A stretch of DNA of 64,000 bases from Escherichia coli (GCF_046105845.1 NZ_CP151004.1), one strand, 5' to 3'; positions 21,940 through 36,228 are shown, counted from the first letter of the stretch. The notes: a model not told the origin generated them from the sequence alone. Made by a program: numbers and translations.

Positions 21940-23241
21940 TTACTGCTTTAACGCCGCATACACCTGATCAACCACCCAACCATAAGTTGCAATCGGTAGC
22001 TGACCGCTTTCGAACATATTGGGATTTTTTTGTGGATCGGCAACTGGCGAATGTGGCTTGTTGCTTAACATCACAATCGCCATATGATTCACCGGATCGA
22101 TAACGGTCACCGTCCCGGTCCAGCCAGTGTGACCGTAGGTTTGCGGGCTTGCCAGCGTGCCAAACGTCGGTGTCATGGTGGCATTACCATTCACGCGCCA
22201 GCCGAGGCCAAAAGTGGCATCTTCCTTAGAGCTGGTGGTGAACATCTTCACCGTTTCTGCATTGAACAGCTGCACATCACCATAGCCACCGCCGTTCAGC
22301 ATCGTTTGCATTAACACCGCAATATCGCCGGTATTGGAAAACAAACCTGCGTGCCCGGAAACGCCGCCCATCGAATAAAAGGCTTTTTCATCGTGCACCT
22401 GACCCCAGAGAGTGGAGGTGCGGATATTCGGGAAATGGATCACGCCATCGCGGGTATTGCCGTTGAGTTCCGTGGCGGCAATTTGTTGCGGTTTAAAGCC
22501 TTTCAGTAGCGGATTAAACACCGTATGCGTCAGGCCGAGCGGGCGATAAATCGACTCTTCAACATAGCGGTCAAGTGGCTGACCGGTAACCGACTCGACG
22601 ATAAATCCAAGCAGCATATAATCGACATCGCTGTAGATATGCTTGCTGCCGGGCTGATACTCCAGCGGCGTGCGCTTGATCATCTCCAGCGTCTGGCCTT
22701 TATCCTGGGAATATAACGCGCCCGCGACCGCTTTATTCGGATATTGTGGGTCCGCCGGGAAACCGCCGCTGTGATGCAGCAGGTCAGAAATCCGCAGCGT
22801 GTTTTTGCCTTTGATGGTGTCATTTGGACTATCGGCAAATCCCGGAATATATTTCGCAATCCGATCGTCAGGATGCAGCTTGCCTTCGCTCATTAGCTTT
22901 TGCAGAGCAAAGTTAGTGGCGTACATCTTGGTATTGGAAGCCAGGTCATACAGCGTCCCGGTGGTGGCTTTGACAGGCTGTTCCATCAATACGCTGCCAT
23001 CGTACTTTTTCGCCGCTCCCCAGGCTTTGCGATACACAATCTGATTATCTTTTATAATCAGCAGGTTTACGCCGGGATAACCGGCGTCCACTTGCTGGCT
23101 AATCCAGCGATCCATCTGGTTAAGCCGTTCGACGTTGAACCCTGCTTTCTCTGGCGAACTTTCTGTCAGTACAGGGTATTTTGCGGCGCTGACGCTACAA
23201 CTAACAGCCAGCAGAGAAAGATAGAGCATTGTCCGTTTCAT
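21940..23241 (-). CDS. yfeW: Penicillin-binding protein 4B (beta-lactamase-fold DD-peptidase) YfeW
   Basis: 433 aa MKRTMLYLSLLAVSCSVSAA.. with signal peptide; ORF-track N-terminal extension rejected. Confidence 0.92.
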   Translation of the reverse strand: MKRTMLYLSLLAVSCSVSAAKYPVLTESSPEKAGFNVERLNQMDRWISQQVDAGYPGVNLLIIKDNQIVYRKAWGAAKKYDGSVLMEQPVKATTGTLYDLASNTKMYATNFALQKLMSEGKLHPDDRIAKYIPGFADSPNDTIKGKNTLRISDLLHHSGGFPADPQYPNKAVAGALYSQDKGQTLEMIKRTPLEYQPGSKHIYSDVDYMLLGFIVESVTGQPLDRYVEESIYRPLGLTHTVFNPLLKGFKPQQIAATELNGNTRDGVIHFPNIRTSTLWGQVHDEKAFYSMGGVSGHAGLFSNTGDIAVLMQTMLNGGGYGDVQLFNAETVKMFTTSSKEDATFGLGWRVNGNATMTPTFGTLASPQTYGHTGWTGTVTVIDPVNHMAIVMLSNKPHSPVADPQKNPNMFESGQLPIATYGWVVDQVYAALKQ

Positions 23242-23245
23242 GATA

Positions 23246-24670
<1,425 letters not shown>

Positions 24671-24673
24671 GGG

Positions 24674-25570
24674 TTATTCCTTGTCTAAAACCTGACGAAT
24701 AAAGCCGCCGTGTTGATCCAGGCGTTTTTTAGCTTCTGCGGCATCGAGATTTTTCAGCACCATCACAATGGCCGTTTTACAGTTGCGCTCGCAGGCAACC
24801 AATGCCGCTTCCGCTTGCTCTGCGCTACATCCGGTAGCGTTTTTGACGATATTGACCTGGCGCACATGCAGTTTTTCGTTGGTGGCGACCACATCGACCA
24901 TCAGGTTGCCGAACACTTTGCCGGATTTAATCATCAGCCCGGTGGAAAGCATATTGAGCACCAGTTTCTGCGCCGTGCCTGCTTTCATTCGCGAAGAACC
25001 GGTGACTACTTCGGCACCTACAATCGGTGTAATGGCAAACTCTGCGGTGGTTGAAACGGCGCTCCCCGGATTACAGGAAATTCCCACTGTGCGGCAGCCG
25101 AGCTGGCGCGCGTATTCCAGTCCGGCAATCACATACGGCGTACGACCGCTGGCGGCAATACCGACCACCACATCCTGCGCGGTTAAGCCGATATTTTTCA
25201 GATCATTAATACCACCTTCCCGGCTATCTTCCGCGCCTTCCACCGCGTGCTGAATGGCATATTCGCCGCCAGCAATCAAACCAACCACCAGACCCGGTTT
25301 CACGCCGTAGGTCGGCGGGCATTCGCTGGCATCCAGAATCCCCAGACGACCTGATGTTCCCGCACCGAGATAAATCAGACGCCCACCGCCGCTTACCTGG
25401 GCGTGGATAACATCGATCGCCGCGGCGATATCCGGCAGTACGCGCTCAACGGCAAGCGGCACGGTTTTATCTTCATCGTTGATAATCCGGCACATTTCCA
25501 GCGTCGATACGCGGTCAATTTCAGCCGAGGCGGCGTTCGAGCCTTCAGTAATCATCTTTTCAAGTTGCAT
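24674..25570 (-). CDS. murQ: N-acetylmuramic acid 6-phosphate etherase MurQ (SIS domain)
   Basis: 298 aa; murQ stop 3 nt upstream of murP start. Confidence 0.94.
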   Translation of the reverse strand: MQLEKMITEGSNAASAEIDRVSTLEMCRIINDEDKTVPLAVERVLPDIAAAIDVIHAQVSGGGRLIYLGAGTSGRLGILDASECPPTYGVKPGLVVGLIAGGEYAIQHAVEGAEDSREGGINDLKNIGLTAQDVVVGIAASGRTPYVIAGLEYARQLGCRTVGISCNPGSAVSTTAEFAITPIVGAEVVTGSSRMKAGTAQKLVLNMLSTGLMIKSGKVFGNLMVDVVATNEKLHVRQVNIVKNATGCSAEQAEAALVACERNCKTAIVMVLKNLDAAEAKKRLDQHGGFIRQVLDKE

Positions 25571-25733
25571 CGGTGGTGACCTTACTATTTACGATCAAAT
25601 AATTGCAGATGTATGGAATCATATATCCCGAATTGACAGACTTAAAGGAATCATTGAGTCTACACTCGCAGAGTGTGAAGAGCGTCATAAGAACTTAAGC
25701 GGAATTTTTGCTGCCAGCCCAGGAGAGTGGAAG
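25571..25733. promoter_or_regulatory. murQ-murR divergent promoter/operator region
   Basis: 163-bp AT-rich interval between divergently transcribed murQP and murR; by established biology carries MurR operators and a CRP site; individual sites not resolved. Confidence 0.4.
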
Positions 25734-26591
25734 ATGTTGTACCTGACGAAAATACGCAATGCGGAAAGTGAATTTACCGGGAACGAGCAAAAAATTGCTG
25801 ACTTTCTGCGGGCCAACGTGAGTGAGCTGAAATCTGTCTCTTCGCGCAAGATGGCGAAACAGCTCGGCATCAGTCAGTCGAGTATTGTGAAGTTTGCTCA
25901 GAAGCTCGGCGCTCAAGGATTTACTGAATTGCGTATGGCGTTAATTGGCGAATACAGTGCCAGCCGGGAGAAAACGAATGCCACGGCGCTGCACCTGCAC
26001 AGTTCGATTACCAGTGATGATTCGCTGGAAGTGATTGCCCGCAAACTGAATCGCGAAAAAGAGCTGGCGCTGGAGCAAACCTGCGCGTTGTTCGACTACG
26101 CGCGGCTGCAAAAAATCATTGAGGTCATCAGTAAAGCGCCATTTATCCAGATAACGGGCCTGGGCGGGTCGGCGTTGGTGGGGCGCGATCTTTCATTCAA
26201 ACTGATGAAAATTGGTTATCGTGTGGCCTGTGAAGCTGACACGCATGTACAAGCCACCGTTTCCCAGGCGCTAAAAAAAGGCGATGTACAAATCGCTATC
26301 TCTTACAGCGGCAGTAAAAAAGAGATTGTCTTGTGCGCCGAGGCAGCACGAAAGCAGGGGGCAACGGTGATTGCCATTACCTCGTTAACCGATTCCCCGC
26401 TGCGGCGGCTGGCGCATTACACCCTCGATACCGTTTCTGGCGAAACCGAATGGCGTAGCTCGTCGATGTCCACCCGCACGGCGCAAAATTCTGTTACCGA
26501 TTTACTGTTTGTTGGCCTTGTGCAACTCAATGATGTGGAGTCATTGAAAATGATTGAGCGCAGCAGTGAGCTAACACAACGCCTGAAATGA
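25734..26591 (+). CDS. murR: RpiR-family repressor MurR (HTH + SIS domain)
   Basis: 285 aa [14 protein letters not shown]..; ggagag SD; ORF-track start 25479 would overlap murQ and is rejected. Confidence 0.92.
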   Translation: MLYLTKIRNAESEFTGNEQKIADFLRANVSELKSVSSRKMAKQLGISQSSIVKFAQKLGAQGFTELRMALIGEYSASREKTNATALHLHSSITSDDSLEVIARKLNREKELALEQTCALFDYARLQKIIEVISKAPFIQITGLGGSALVGRDLSFKLMKIGYRVACEADTHVQATVSQALKKGDVQIAISYSGSKKEIVLCAEAARKQGATVIAITSLTDSPLRRLAHYTLDTVSGETEWRSSSMSTRTAQNSVTDLLFVGLVQLNDVESLKMIERSSELTQRLK

Positions 26592-26719
26592 TGCATAAAG
26601 CAGCGACTGGATTGAGATTTTCCTGAATTAGTGAGCTGATCCGCAGCAATATTTTGTTTATCCTGTATTTTCAGAGGGAATGGAGTGTAACGCTCTGTAT
26701 TAACAAGGAGAGCATTAAA

Positions 26720-27511
26720 ATGGGTAAACTCACGGGCAAGACAGCACTGATTACGGGCGCATTGCAGGGAATTGGCGAAGGAATTGCCAGAACTTTTGCG
26801 CGTCATGGCGCAAACCTAATCTTGCTGGATATCTCCCCTGAGATCGAAAAGCTGGCGGACGAACTGTGTGGTCGTGGTCATCGCTGTACGGCGGTTGTCG
26901 CCGATGTGCGTGACCCGGCGTCGGTAGCCGCAGCTATCAAACGCGCGAAGGAAAAAGAAGGGCGCATTGATATCCTGGTGAATAACGCAGGCGTTTGTCG
27001 TCTGGGCAGTTTCCTCGATATGAGCGATGAAGATCGCGATTTCCATATTGATATCAATATTAAAGGTGTATGGAACGTCACGAAGGCGGTGCTGCCGGAG
27101 ATGATTGCCCGCAAAGATGGTCGCATTGTGATGATGTCTTCAGTCACTGGCGATATGGTGGCCGATCCGGGTGAAACGGCGTACGCTTTAACGAAAGCGG
27201 CGATTGTTGGCCTGACTAAATCGCTGGCGGTGGAGTACGCGCAGTCGGGGATTCGCGTTAACGCCATCTGCCCGGGATACGTCCGCACGCCAATGGCGGA
27301 AAGCATTGCCCGCCAGTCGAACCCGGAAGATCCAGAATCGGTGCTGACTGAAATGGCAAAAGCAATCCCGATGCGTCGCCTCGCCGATCCGCTGGAAGTC
27401 GGCGAACTGGCAGCCTTCCTCGCATCGGATGAATCAAGTTATTTAACCGGTACACAGAATGTGATTGATGGCGGCAGCACACTGCCGGAGACGGTTAGCG
27501 TCGGCATCTGA
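26720..27511 (+). CDS. ucpA: Short-chain dehydrogenase/reductase UcpA
   Basis: 263 aa with TGALQGIG Rossmann motif; aaggag SD. Confidence 0.92.
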   Translation: MGKLTGKTALITGALQGIGEGIARTFARHGANLILLDISPEIEKLADELCGRGHRCTAVVADVRDPASVAAAIKRAKEKEGRIDILVNNAGVCRLGSFLDMSDEDRDFHIDINIKGVWNVTKAVLPEMIARKDGRIVMMSSVTGDMVADPGETAYALTKAAIVGLTKSLAVEYAQSGIRVNAICPGYVRTPMAESIARQSNPEDPESVLTEMAKAIPMRRLADPLEVGELAAFLASDESSYLTGTQNVIDGGSTLPETVSVGI

Positions 27512-27523
27512 TTCACCTCTGTT

Positions 27524-27556
27524 TCCTCCCTGCATTTGTGGGGAGGATTTCGTCTT
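27524..27556 (+). terminator. Rho-independent terminator after ucpA
   Basis: tcctccc..gggagga hairpin followed by tttcgtctt. Confidence 0.7.
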
Positions 27557-27681
27557 GAACTAAGTTCTTATTCCCTTTTCAACTTCCAAATCACCAAACG
27601 GTATATAAAACCGTTACTCCTTTCACGTCCGTTATAAATATGATGGCTATTAGAAAGTCATTAAATTTATAAGGGTGCGCA

Positions 27682-28698
27682 ATGGCCGTTAACTTACTGA
27701 AAAAGAACTCACTCGCGCTGGTCGCTTCTCTGCTGCTGGCGGGCCATGTACAGGCAACGGAACTGCTGAACAGTTCTTATGACGTCTCTCGCGAGCTGTT
27801 TGCAGCCCTTAATCCGCCGTTTGAGCAACAATGGGCAAAAGATAACGGCGGCGACAAACTGACGATAAAACAATCTCATGCCGGGTCATCAAAACAGGCG
27901 CTGGCGATTTTGCAGGGCTTAAAAGCAGACGTTGTCACTTATAACCAGGTGACCGACGTACAAATCCTGCATGACAAAGGCAAGCTGATCCCGGCCGACT
28001 GGCAGTCGCGCCTGCCGAATAACAGCTCGCCGTTCTACTCCACCATGGGCTTCCTGGTGCGTAAGGGCAACCCGAAGAATATTCACGACTGGAACGACCT
28101 CGTGCGCTCCGACGTGAAGCTGATTTTCCCGAACCCGAAAACGTCGGGTAACGCACGTTATACCTATCTGGCGGCATGGGGTGCAGCGGATAAAGCTGAC
28201 GGTGGCGACAAAGCCAAAACCGAACAGTTTATGACCCAGTTCCTGAAAAACGTTGAAGTGTTCGATACCGGTGGCCGTGGCGCGACCACCACCTTTGCCG
28301 AGCGCGGGCTGGGCGATGTGCTGATTAGCTTCGAATCGGAAGTGAACAACATCCGCAAACAGTATGAAGCGCAGGGCTTTGAAGTGGTGATTCCGAAAAC
28401 CAATATTCTGGCGGAATTCCCGGTGGCGTGGGTCGATAAAAACGTGCAGGCCAACGGTACGGAAAAAGCAGCAAAAGCTTACCTGAACTGGCTCTACAGC
28501 CCGCAGGCGCAAACCATCATCACCGACTATTACTACCGCGTAAATAACCCGGAAGTCATGGACAAACTGAAAGACAAATTCCCGCAGACCGAACTGTTCC
28601 GCGTGGAAGACAAATTTGGCTCCTGGCCGGAAGTGATGAAAACCCACTTCACCAGCGGCGGCGAGTTAGACAAGCTGTTAGCGGCGGGGCGTAATTAA
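27682..28698 (+). CDS. cysP: Thiosulfate/sulfate-binding periplasmic protein CysP
   Basis: 338 aa with signal peptide; first gene of cysPUWAM. Confidence 0.94.
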   Translation: MAVNLLKKNSLALVASLLLAGHVQATELLNSSYDVSRELFAALNPPFEQQWAKDNGGDKLTIKQSHAGSSKQALAILQGLKADVVTYNQVTDVQILHDKGKLIPADWQSRLPNNSSPFYSTMGFLVRKGNPKNIHDWNDLVRSDVKLIFPNPKTSGNARYTYLAAWGAADKADGGDKAKTEQFMTQFLKNVEVFDTGGRGATTTFAERGLGDVLISFESEVNNIRKQYEAQGFEVVIPKTNILAEFPVAWVDKNVQANGTEKAAKAYLNWLYSPQAQTIITDYYYRVNNPEVMDKLKDKFPQTELFRVEDKFGSWPEVMKTHFTSGGELDKLLAAGRN

Positions 28699-29531
28699 TG
28701 TTTGCAGTTTCATCAAGACGCGTGCTGCCGGGCTTTACCTTAAGCCTCGGCACCAGTCTGCTGTTTGTGTGCCTGATTTTGCTGCTGCCGCTCTCCGCGC
28801 TGGTGATGCAGCTAGCTCAGATGAGCTGGGCGCAGTACTGGGAGGTGATCACCAACCCGCAGGTGGTCGCGGCCTACAAAGTGACGCTGCTGTCAGCGTT
28901 TGTGGCATCAATTTTTAACGGCGTTTTCGGTTTGCTGATGGCGTGGATCTTAACCCGCTATCGCTTTCCGGGCCGCACGCTGCTTGATGCGCTGATGGAT
29001 TTACCCTTTGCGCTGCCAACGGCAGTCGCCGGTTTGACGCTGGCCTCGCTCTTTTCCGTGAACGGTTTTTACGGTGAATGGCTGGCGAAGTTTGATATCA
29101 AAGTTACCTATACCTGGCTGGGGATTGCGGTGGCGATGGCTTTTACCAGTATTCCGTTTGTGGTGCGTACCGTGCAGCCGGTGCTGGAAGAGTTAGGCCC
29201 GGAATATGAAGAAGCGGCAGAAACGCTCGGCGCAACGCGCTGGCAGAGTTTCTGCAAAGTGGTGCTGCCGGAGCTTTCTCCGGCGCTGGTGGCGGGCGTG
29301 GCGCTGTCGTTTACCCGCAGCCTCGGTGAGTTTGGCGCGGTGATTTTTATCGCCGGAAACATCGCCTGGAAGACGGAAGTGACGTCGCTGATGATTTTTG
29401 TTCGCTTACAGGAGTTTGATTACCCGGCGGCGAGCGCGATTGCTTCGGTGATCCTCGCGGCATCCCTGCTGCTGCTGTTCTCAATTAACACTCTGCAAAG
29501 TCGCTTTGGTCGGCGTGTGGTAGGTCATTAA
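28698..29531 (+). CDS. cysU: Sulfate/thiosulfate ABC transporter permease CysU (CysT)
   Basis: 277 aa permease; TAATG stop/start overlap with cysP. Confidence 0.94.
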   Translation: MFAVSSRRVLPGFTLSLGTSLLFVCLILLLPLSALVMQLAQMSWAQYWEVITNPQVVAAYKVTLLSAFVASIFNGVFGLLMAWILTRYRFPGRTLLDALMDLPFALPTAVAGLTLASLFSVNGFYGEWLAKFDIKVTYTWLGIAVAMAFTSIPFVVRTVQPVLEELGPEYEEAAETLGATRWQSFCKVVLPELSPALVAGVALSFTRSLGEFGAVIFIAGNIAWKTEVTSLMIFVRLQEFDYPAASAIASVILAASLLLLFSINTLQSRFGRRVVGH

Positions 29532-30406
29532 TGGCGGAAGTGACACAGTTGAAGCGTTATGACGCGCGCCCGATTAACTGGGGCAAATGGTTTCTGATTG
29601 GCATCGGGATGCTGGTATCGGCGTTCATCCTGCTGGTGCCGATGATTTATATCTTCGTACAGGCATTCAGCAAAGGGCTGATGCCGGTTTTACAGAATCT
29701 GGCCGATCCGGACATGCTGCACGCCATTTGGCTGACGGTGATGATTGCGCTGATTGCCGTACCGGTGAACCTGGTGTTCGGCATTCTGCTGGCGTGGCTG
29801 GTGACGCGCTTTAACTTCCCCGGACGCCAGTTACTGCTGACGCTACTGGACATTCCGTTTGCCGTATCGCCGGTGGTTGCCGGTCTGGTGTATCTGCTGT
29901 TCTACGGCTCTAACGGCCCGCTCGGCGGCTGGCTGGATGAGCATAACCTGCAAATTATGTTCTCCTGGCCGGGAATGGTGCTGGTCACCATCTTTGTGAC
30001 ATGTCCGTTTGTGGTGCGCGAGCTGGTGCCGGTGATGTTAAGCCAGGGCAGCCAGGAAGACGAAGCGGCGATTTTGCTTGGCGCGTCCGGCTGGCAGATG
30101 TTCCGTCGCGTCACATTGCCGAATATTCGCTGGGCGCTGCTGTATGGCGTGGTGCTGACCAACGCCCGCGCGATTGGCGAGTTTGGCGCGGTATCGGTGG
30201 TTTCCGGCTCGATTCGCGGCGAAACACTTTCGCTGCCGTTACAGATTGAATTGCTGGAGCAGGACTACAACACCGTCGGCTCCTTTACCGCCGCCGCGTT
30301 GTTGACGCTGATGGCGATTATTACCCTGTTTTTAAAGAGTATGTTGCAGTGGCGCCTGGAGAATCAGGAAAAACGCGCGCAGCAGGAGGAACATCATGAG
30401 CATTGA
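29531..30406 (+). CDS. cysW: Sulfate/thiosulfate ABC transporter permease CysW
   Basis: 291 aa permease; start overlaps cysU stop. Confidence 0.94.
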   Translation: MAEVTQLKRYDARPINWGKWFLIGIGMLVSAFILLVPMIYIFVQAFSKGLMPVLQNLADPDMLHAIWLTVMIALIAVPVNLVFGILLAWLVTRFNFPGRQLLLTLLDIPFAVSPVVAGLVYLLFYGSNGPLGGWLDEHNLQIMFSWPGMVLVTIFVTCPFVVRELVPVMLSQGSQEDEAAILLGASGWQMFRRVTLPNIRWALLYGVVLTNARAIGEFGAVSVVSGSIRGETLSLPLQIELLEQDYNTVGSFTAAALLTLMAIITLFLKSMLQWRLENQEKRAQQEEHHEH

Positions 30407-31493
30407 GATTGCCAATATTAAGAAGTCTTTTGGTCGCACCCAGGTGCTGAATGATATCTCACTGGATATTCCCTCTGGTCAGATGGTCGCGCTGCTGGGG
30501 CCGTCCGGTTCCGGGAAAACCACGCTGCTGCGCATTATCGCCGGGCTGGAGCATCAAACCAGCGGGCATATTCGCTTCCACGGCACCGACGTCAGCCGCC
30601 TGCATGCGCGCGATCGTAAAGTCGGTTTCGTGTTTCAGCATTACGCGCTGTTCCGCCATATGACGGTGTTCGACAATATCGCTTTCGGCCTGACGGTGCT
30701 GCCGCGTCGCGAGCGCCCGAATGCCGCAGCCATCAAAGCGAAAGTGACAAAATTGCTGGAGATGGTGCAGCTTGCGCATCTGGCGGATCGTTATCCAGCA
30801 CAGCTTTCCGGCGGCCAGAAACAGCGTGTGGCACTGGCGCGCGCGCTGGCTGTAGAACCGCAAATTCTGCTGCTTGATGAACCGTTTGGCGCGCTGGATG
30901 CGCAGGTGCGTAAAGAGTTGCGTCGCTGGCTGCGTCAGTTACATGAAGAGCTGAAATTCACCAGCGTGTTTGTGACCCATGATCAGGAAGAAGCGACCGA
31001 AGTAGCCGATCGTGTAGTGGTGATGAGCCAGGGCAATATCGAGCAGGCTGATGCACCGGACCAGGTATGGCGCGAACCAGCGACCCGTTTTGTACTCGAA
31101 TTTATGGGCGAAGTGAACCGCCTGCAGGGAACCATTCGCGGCGGGCAGTTCCATGTTGGCGCACATCGCTGGCCGCTGGGCTATACACCTGCGTATCAGG
31201 GGCCGGTGGATCTCTTCCTTCGTCCGTGGGAAGTGGATATCAGCCGCCGTACCAGCCTCGATTCGCCGCTGCCGGTACAGGTACTGGAAGCCAGCCCGAA
31301 AGGCCACTACACCCAATTAGTCGTGCAGCCGCTGGGGTGGTACAACGAAGCGCTGACGGTCGTGATGCACGGCGACGACGCCCCGCAACGTGGCGAGCGT
31401 TTATTCGTTGGTCTGCAACATGCGCGGCTGTATAACGGCGACGAGCGTATTGAAACCCGCGATGAGGAACTTGCTCTCGCACAAAGCGCCTGA
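30396..31493 (+). CDS. cysA: Sulfate/thiosulfate ABC transporter ATP-binding protein CysA
   Basis: 365 aa; Walker [10 protein letters not shown] and ABC signature LSGGQKQR. Confidence 0.95.
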   Translation: MSIEIANIKKSFGRTQVLNDISLDIPSGQMVALLGPSGSGKTTLLRIIAGLEHQTSGHIRFHGTDVSRLHARDRKVGFVFQHYALFRHMTVFDNIAFGLTVLPRRERPNAAAIKAKVTKLLEMVQLAHLADRYPAQLSGGQKQRVALARALAVEPQILLLDEPFGALDAQVRKELRRWLRQLHEELKFTSVFVTHDQEEATEVADRVVVMSQGNIEQADAPDQVWREPATRFVLEFMGEVNRLQGTIRGGQFHVGAHRWPLGYTPAYQGPVDLFLRPWEVDISRRTSLDSPLPVQVLEASPKGHYTQLVVQPLGWYNEALTVVMHGDDAPQRGERLFVGLQHARLYNGDERIETRDEELALAQSA

Positions 31494-31514
31494 TAGGTTG
31501 AGTGAATGTTAAAC

Positions 31515-31546
31515 GCCCGGAGGCGCTTCCCGCGATCCGGGCTTTT
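31515..31546 (+). terminator. Terminator-like hairpin between cysA and cysM (possible partial terminator)
   Basis: gcccgga..tccgggc stem followed by ttttt. Confidence 0.5.
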
Positions 31547-31567
31547 TAATGGCAAGGTTTGTAATCT

Positions 31568-31603
31568 GTAGGCCTGATAAGACGCGCAAGCGTCGCATCA
31601 GGC
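31568..31603. repeat. REP (repetitive extragenic palindrome)
   Basis: gtaggcctgataagacgcgcaagcgtcgcatcaggc, classic E. coli REP-type palindrome. Confidence 0.85.
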
Positions 31604-31626
31604 AACACCACGTATGGACAGAGATC

Positions 31627-32538
31627 GTGAGTACATTAGAACAAACAATTGGCAATACGCCTCTGGTGAAGTTGCAGCGAATGGGGCCGAATAACGGCAG
31701 TGAAGTCTGGTTGAAACTGGAAGGCAATAACCCGGCAGGTTCGGTGAAAGATCGTGCGGCGCTTTCGATGATCGTCGAGGCGGAAAAGCGCGGGGAAATT
31801 AAACCGGGTGATGTCTTAATCGAAGCCACCAGTGGTAACACCGGCATTGCGCTGGCAATGATTGCCGCGCTTAAAGGCTATCGCATGAAATTGCTGATGC
31901 CCGACAACATGAGCCAGGAACGCCGTGCGGCGATGCGTGCTTATGGTGCGGAACTGATTCTTGTCACCAAAGAGCAGGGCATGGAAGGTGCGCGCGATCT
32001 GGCGCTGGAGATGGCCAATCGTGGTGAAGGAAAGCTGCTCGATCAGTTCAATAATCCTGATAATCCCTTCGCTCATTACACCACCACCGGGCCGGAAATC
32101 TGGCAGCAAACTGGCGGGCGCATTACCCATTTTGTCTCCAGCATGGGAACAACCGGCACTATCACCGGCGTTTCACGCTTTATGCGCGAACAATCCAAAC
32201 CGGTGACCATTGTTGGCCTGCAGCCGGAAGAGGGCAGTAGCATTCCCGGCATTCGCCGCTGGCCTGCGGAATATCTGCCGGGGATTTTCAACGCTTCGCT
32301 GGTGGATGAGGTGCTGGATATTCATCAGCGAGAAGCGGAAAACACCATGCGCGAACTGGCAGTGCGGGAAGGAATATTCTGTGGCGTCAGCTCCGGCGGC
32401 GCGGTTGCCGGAGCACTGCGCGTGGCAAAAGCTACCCCCGGCGCGGTGGTTGTGGCGATCATCTGCGATCGCGGCGATCGCTACCTTTCTACCGGGGTGT
32501 TTGGGGAAGAGCATTTTAGTCAGGGGGCGGGGATTTAA
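31627..32538 (+). CDS. cysM: Cysteine synthase B (O-acetylserine sulfhydrylase B) CysM
   Basis: 303 aa (V)STLEQTIGNTPLVKLQRMG..; GTG start; ORF-track start 31549 lies in REP and is rejected. Confidence 0.93.
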   Translation: MSTLEQTIGNTPLVKLQRMGPNNGSEVWLKLEGNNPAGSVKDRAALSMIVEAEKRGEIKPGDVLIEATSGNTGIALAMIAALKGYRMKLLMPDNMSQERRAAMRAYGAELILVTKEQGMEGARDLALEMANRGEGKLLDQFNNPDNPFAHYTTTGPEIWQQTGGRITHFVSSMGTTGTITGVSRFMREQSKPVTIVGLQPEEGSSIPGIRRWPAEYLPGIFNASLVDEVLDIHQREAENTMRELAVREGIFCGVSSGGAVAGALRVAKATPGAVVVAIICDRGDRYLSTGVFGEEHFSQGAGI

Positions 32539-32540
32539 GA

Positions 32541-32933
<393 letters not shown>

Positions 32934-32934
32934 G

Positions 32935-33000
<66 letters not shown>

Positions 33001-33013
33001 GAGAAAAAATTAA

Positions 33014-33865
33014 ATGAGTAGTTTGTTGTTGTTTAACGATAAGAGCAGGGCATTGCAGGCGGATATCGTCGCCGTGCAGTCGCAGGTAGTGTACGGCAGC
33101 GTAGGCAACAGCATTGCCGTGCCTGCTATCAAACAGAACGGCCTGAATGTCTTTGCCGTGCCGACGGTATTGCTGAGCAATACACCGCATTATGACACTT
33201 TCTACGGTGGTGCGATTCCGGACGAATGGTTTAGCGGCTATTTGCGTGCGCTTCAGGAGCGTGATGCGTTGCGCCAACTTCGTGCTGTAACCACGGGCTA
33301 TATGGGAACGGCATCGCAAATCAAAATCCTTGCCGAGTGGCTGACTGCGCTACGCAAAGACCATCCTGACCTATTGATCATGGTCGATCCGGTGATTGGC
33401 GATATTGATAGCGGAATTTATGTCAAACCTGACCTTCCCGAGGCGTATCGACAATATTTACTGCCGCTGGCGCAGGGAATTACCCCCAATATTTTTGAGC
33501 TGGAAATCCTGACCGGTAAAAATTGCCGCGATCTCGACAGTGCCATTGCTGCCGCAAAAAGTCTGCTTTCAGACACATTAAAATGGGTGGTGATTACCAG
33601 CGCCTCCGGTAATGAAGAAAATCAGGAGATGCAGGTGGTGGTGGTCAGTGCCGACAGCGTGAATGTCATTTCCCATTCACGGGTTAAAACTGACCTGAAA
33701 GGGACTGGCGACCTGTTTTGTGCTCAGCTTATCAGTGGCTTGTTGAAAGGTAAGGAATTAACTGACGCGGTACATAGCGCGGGATTACGTGTGCTGGAGG
33801 TGATGCGCTATACCCAGCAGCATGGTAGCGATGAATTGATTTTGCCGCCGCTGGCGGAAGCATAA
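33014..33865 (+). CDS. pdxK: Pyridoxal/pyridoxine/pyridoxamine kinase PdxK
   Basis: 283 aa [32 protein letters not shown].. Confidence 0.94.
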   Translation: MSSLLLFNDKSRALQADIVAVQSQVVYGSVGNSIAVPAIKQNGLNVFAVPTVLLSNTPHYDTFYGGAIPDEWFSGYLRALQERDALRQLRAVTTGYMGTASQIKILAEWLTALRKDHPDLLIMVDPVIGDIDSGIYVKPDLPEAYRQYLLPLAQGITPNIFELEILTGKNCRDLDSAIAAAKSLLSDTLKWVVITSASGNEENQEMQVVVVSADSVNVISHSRVKTDLKGTGDLFCAQLISGLLKGKELTDAVHSAGLRVLEVMRYTQQHGSDELILPPLAEA

Positions 33866-33892
33866 AAAATGGCGCCGATGGGCGCCATTTTT
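33864..33892. terminator. Bidirectional rho-independent terminator between pdxK (+) and crr (-)
   Basis: aaaaaa-atggcgcc-gatg-ggcgccat-ttttt; perfect 8-bp stem with A and T tracts on either side. Confidence 0.85.
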
Positions 33893-33906
33893 CACTGCGG
33901 CAAGAA

Positions 33907-34416
33907 TTACTTCTTGATGCGGATAACCGGGGTTTCACCCACGGTTACGCTACCGGACAGTTTGATCAGTTCTTTGATTTCGTCCATGTTGGAGATAACA
34001 ACCGGAGTCAGGGTAGACTTGGCTTTCTCTTCCAGCAGCGGCAGATCAAATTCAATGACAGTATCGCCAACTTTCACGCGCTGACCTTCTTCAGCAATAC
34101 GCTTGAAGCCTTCGCCTTTCAGTTCAACGGTGTCGATACCGAAGTGGACGAACAGTTCAACGCCGCTATCAGATTCGATAGAGAACGCGTGGTTAGTTTC
34201 AAAGATTTTACCAATGGTGCCGTCTACAGGCGCGACCATTTTGTTTCCAGTTGGTTTGATAGCAATGCCATCACCAACGATTTTTTCCGCAAAAACGACA
34301 TCCGGCACGTCTTCGATATTGACGATCTCGCCAGAGAGCGGAGCAATGATCTCAATAGTTCCGGTATCCTTCTTGTCGTCGGAAACCAGAGATTTCAGTT
34401 TATCGAACAAACCCAT
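33907..34416 (-). CDS. crr: PTS glucose-specific EIIA component (EIIA-Glc)
   Basis: 169 aa [37 protein letters not shown].. Confidence 0.97.
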
Positions 34417-34456
34417 GATCTTCTCCTAAGCAGTAAATTGGGCCGCATCTCGTGGA

Positions 34457-36184
34457 TTAGCAGATTGTTTTTTCTTCAATGAACTTGTTAACCAGCGTCA
34501 TTAACTCGTCCGTTGTCGGTTGAGCAAGAGCCTGCTCTGCTAACACCTTCGCATCTTCGAAGTTCGTGTTACGGATAATCTTCTTAATGCGCGGGATAGA
34601 AATGGCGCTCATAGAGAATTCGTCCAGACCCATCCCCAGCAACAGAAGTGTAGCACGTTCATCGCCAGCAAGCTCACCACACATGCCAGTCCATTTGCCT
34701 TCAGCATGAGAAGCATCAATAACTTGCTTGATCAAGTTCAGCACGGACGGTGACATTGGCTGGTAAAGGTGTGAAATCATATCATTACCACGGTCAACTG
34801 CCAGAGTGTACTGCGTTAAATCATTGGTGCCGATACTAAAGAAATCAACTTCTTTGGCTAAATGACGTGCAATTGTTGCGGCAGCCGGTGTTTCCACCAT
34901 TACGCCGATTTCAATTGACTCGTCAAACGCTTTACCTTCGTCGCGCAGTTCCTGTTTGTAGATTTCGATCTCTTTGCGCAGTGCACGTACTTCTTCAACA
35001 GAGATGATCATCGGGAACATAATGCGCAATTTACCGAAAGCCGAGGCACGCAGGATAGCGCGGAGCTGATCGCGCAGGATCTCTTTACGATCCATCGCGA
35101 TACGGATAGCGCGCCAGCCGAGGAACGGGTTCTCTTCTTTCGGGAAGTTCATGTATGGCAGCTCTTTGTCGCCGCCGATGTCCATGGTACGAACGATAAC
35201 CGCCTGCGAGCCACACGCTTCAGCCACTGCTTTGTAAGCAGCAAACTGTTCTTCTTCAGTGGGCAGCGCGTCGCGGTCCATGAACAGGAACTCAGTACGA
35301 TACAGACCAACGCCTTCAGCGCCGTTACGCTCTGCACCTTCAACGTCACGAACCGTACCAATGTTAGCGCACACTTCTACCTGGTGACCGTCCAGCGTAA
35401 TAGCTGGCAGATCTTTCAGTTTAGCAAGCTCTGCTTTTTCAGAAGCCACTTGCTCCTGAACAGCGCGCATTTTATCAATAACTTCGTTGGTTGGATTGAC
35501 GTAAACCTGATTATTTACGGCATCCAGAATCAGATAGTCGTCATTTTTCACCTGAGAGGTGACGCTACCGGTACCCACGATAGCAGGCAGTTCCAGAGAA
35601 CGCGCCATGATAGAGGTGTGGGAAGTACGGCCACCCGCGTCGGTGATGAAACCCAGCACCTTCTTCAGGTTCAGCTGTGCGGTTTCGGACGGCGTCAGGT
35701 CAGCGGCAACCAGAATGACTTCATCCTGAATGGCGCTCAGGTCGATAATCTTCAGGCCCAGGATGTTGCGCAGCAGGCGCTTACCGATATCACGTACGTC
35801 AGCCGCACGTTCTTTCAGGTATTCATCATCCAGCTCTTCCAGGGCAGAAGCCTGACCTTCGATAACTTCATGAGCAGCTGCGTCAGCTGTCATGTGCTTA
35901 TCTTTAATCAGGGCTATGATTTCCTGCTCCAGCTCCTCATCTTCGAGCAGCATAATATGCCCTTCAAAGATGGCTTCTTTTTCTTCACCGAACGTTTCAC
36001 CAGCTTTCGTTTTGATCGTTTCCAGCTGGGCTGATGCCTTGGCACGACCGCTCAGAAAACGTTCAACTTCCTGATCAACCTGGTCGGCAGAAATTTTTTT
36101 CCGGTCAATGACAATTTCGTCTTCTTTCAGAAGCAGAGCTTTACCGAAAGCGATACCCGGGGATGCTAAAATGCCTGAAATCAT
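34457..36184 (-). CDS. ptsI: PTS Enzyme I (phosphoenolpyruvate-protein phosphotransferase)
   Basis: 575 aa [30 protein letters not shown].. Confidence 0.97.
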   Translation of the reverse strand: MISGILASPGIAFGKALLLKEDEIVIDRKKISADQVDQEVERFLSGRAKASAQLETIKTKAGETFGEEKEAIFEGHIMLLEDEELEQEIIALIKDKHMTADAAAHEVIEGQASALEELDDEYLKERAADVRDIGKRLLRNILGLKIIDLSAIQDEVILVAADLTPSETAQLNLKKVLGFITDAGGRTSHTSIMARSLELPAIVGTGSVTSQVKNDDYLILDAVNNQVYVNPTNEVIDKMRAVQEQVASEKAELAKLKDLPAITLDGHQVEVCANIGTVRDVEGAERNGAEGVGLYRTEFLFMDRDALPTEEEQFAAYKAVAEACGSQAVIVRTMDIGGDKELPYMNFPKEENPFLGWRAIRIAMDRKEILRDQLRAILRASAFGKLRIMFPMIISVEEVRALRKEIEIYKQELRDEGKAFDESIEIGVMVETPAAATIARHLAKEVDFFSIGTNDLTQYTLAVDRGNDMISHLYQPMSPSVLNLIKQVIDASHAEGKWTGMCGELAGDERATLLLLGMGLDEFSMSAISIPRIKKIIRNTNFEDAKVLAEQALAQPTTDELMTLVNKFIEEKTIC

Positions 36185-36228
36185 AACCCTACCTTACTTG
36201 TGACTGATTTTTAAAAGAACCCGGGAAA

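Noticed and set aside
25479-25733. N-terminal extensions in the ORF track (murR from 25479, ucpA from 26654, cysM from 31549, zipA from 38966, ypeA from 19279, yfeW to 23328, pdeA from 48218, nupC to 51758, fryB from 56469, ypeB from 42010, eutS from 2491, eutM from 5876, yfeX from 20956)
   Set aside because: The upstream in-frame codons overlap neighbouring genes, REP elements or terminators and lack Shine-Dalgarno sequences; internal starts with good SDs give proteins matching the expected family lengths.
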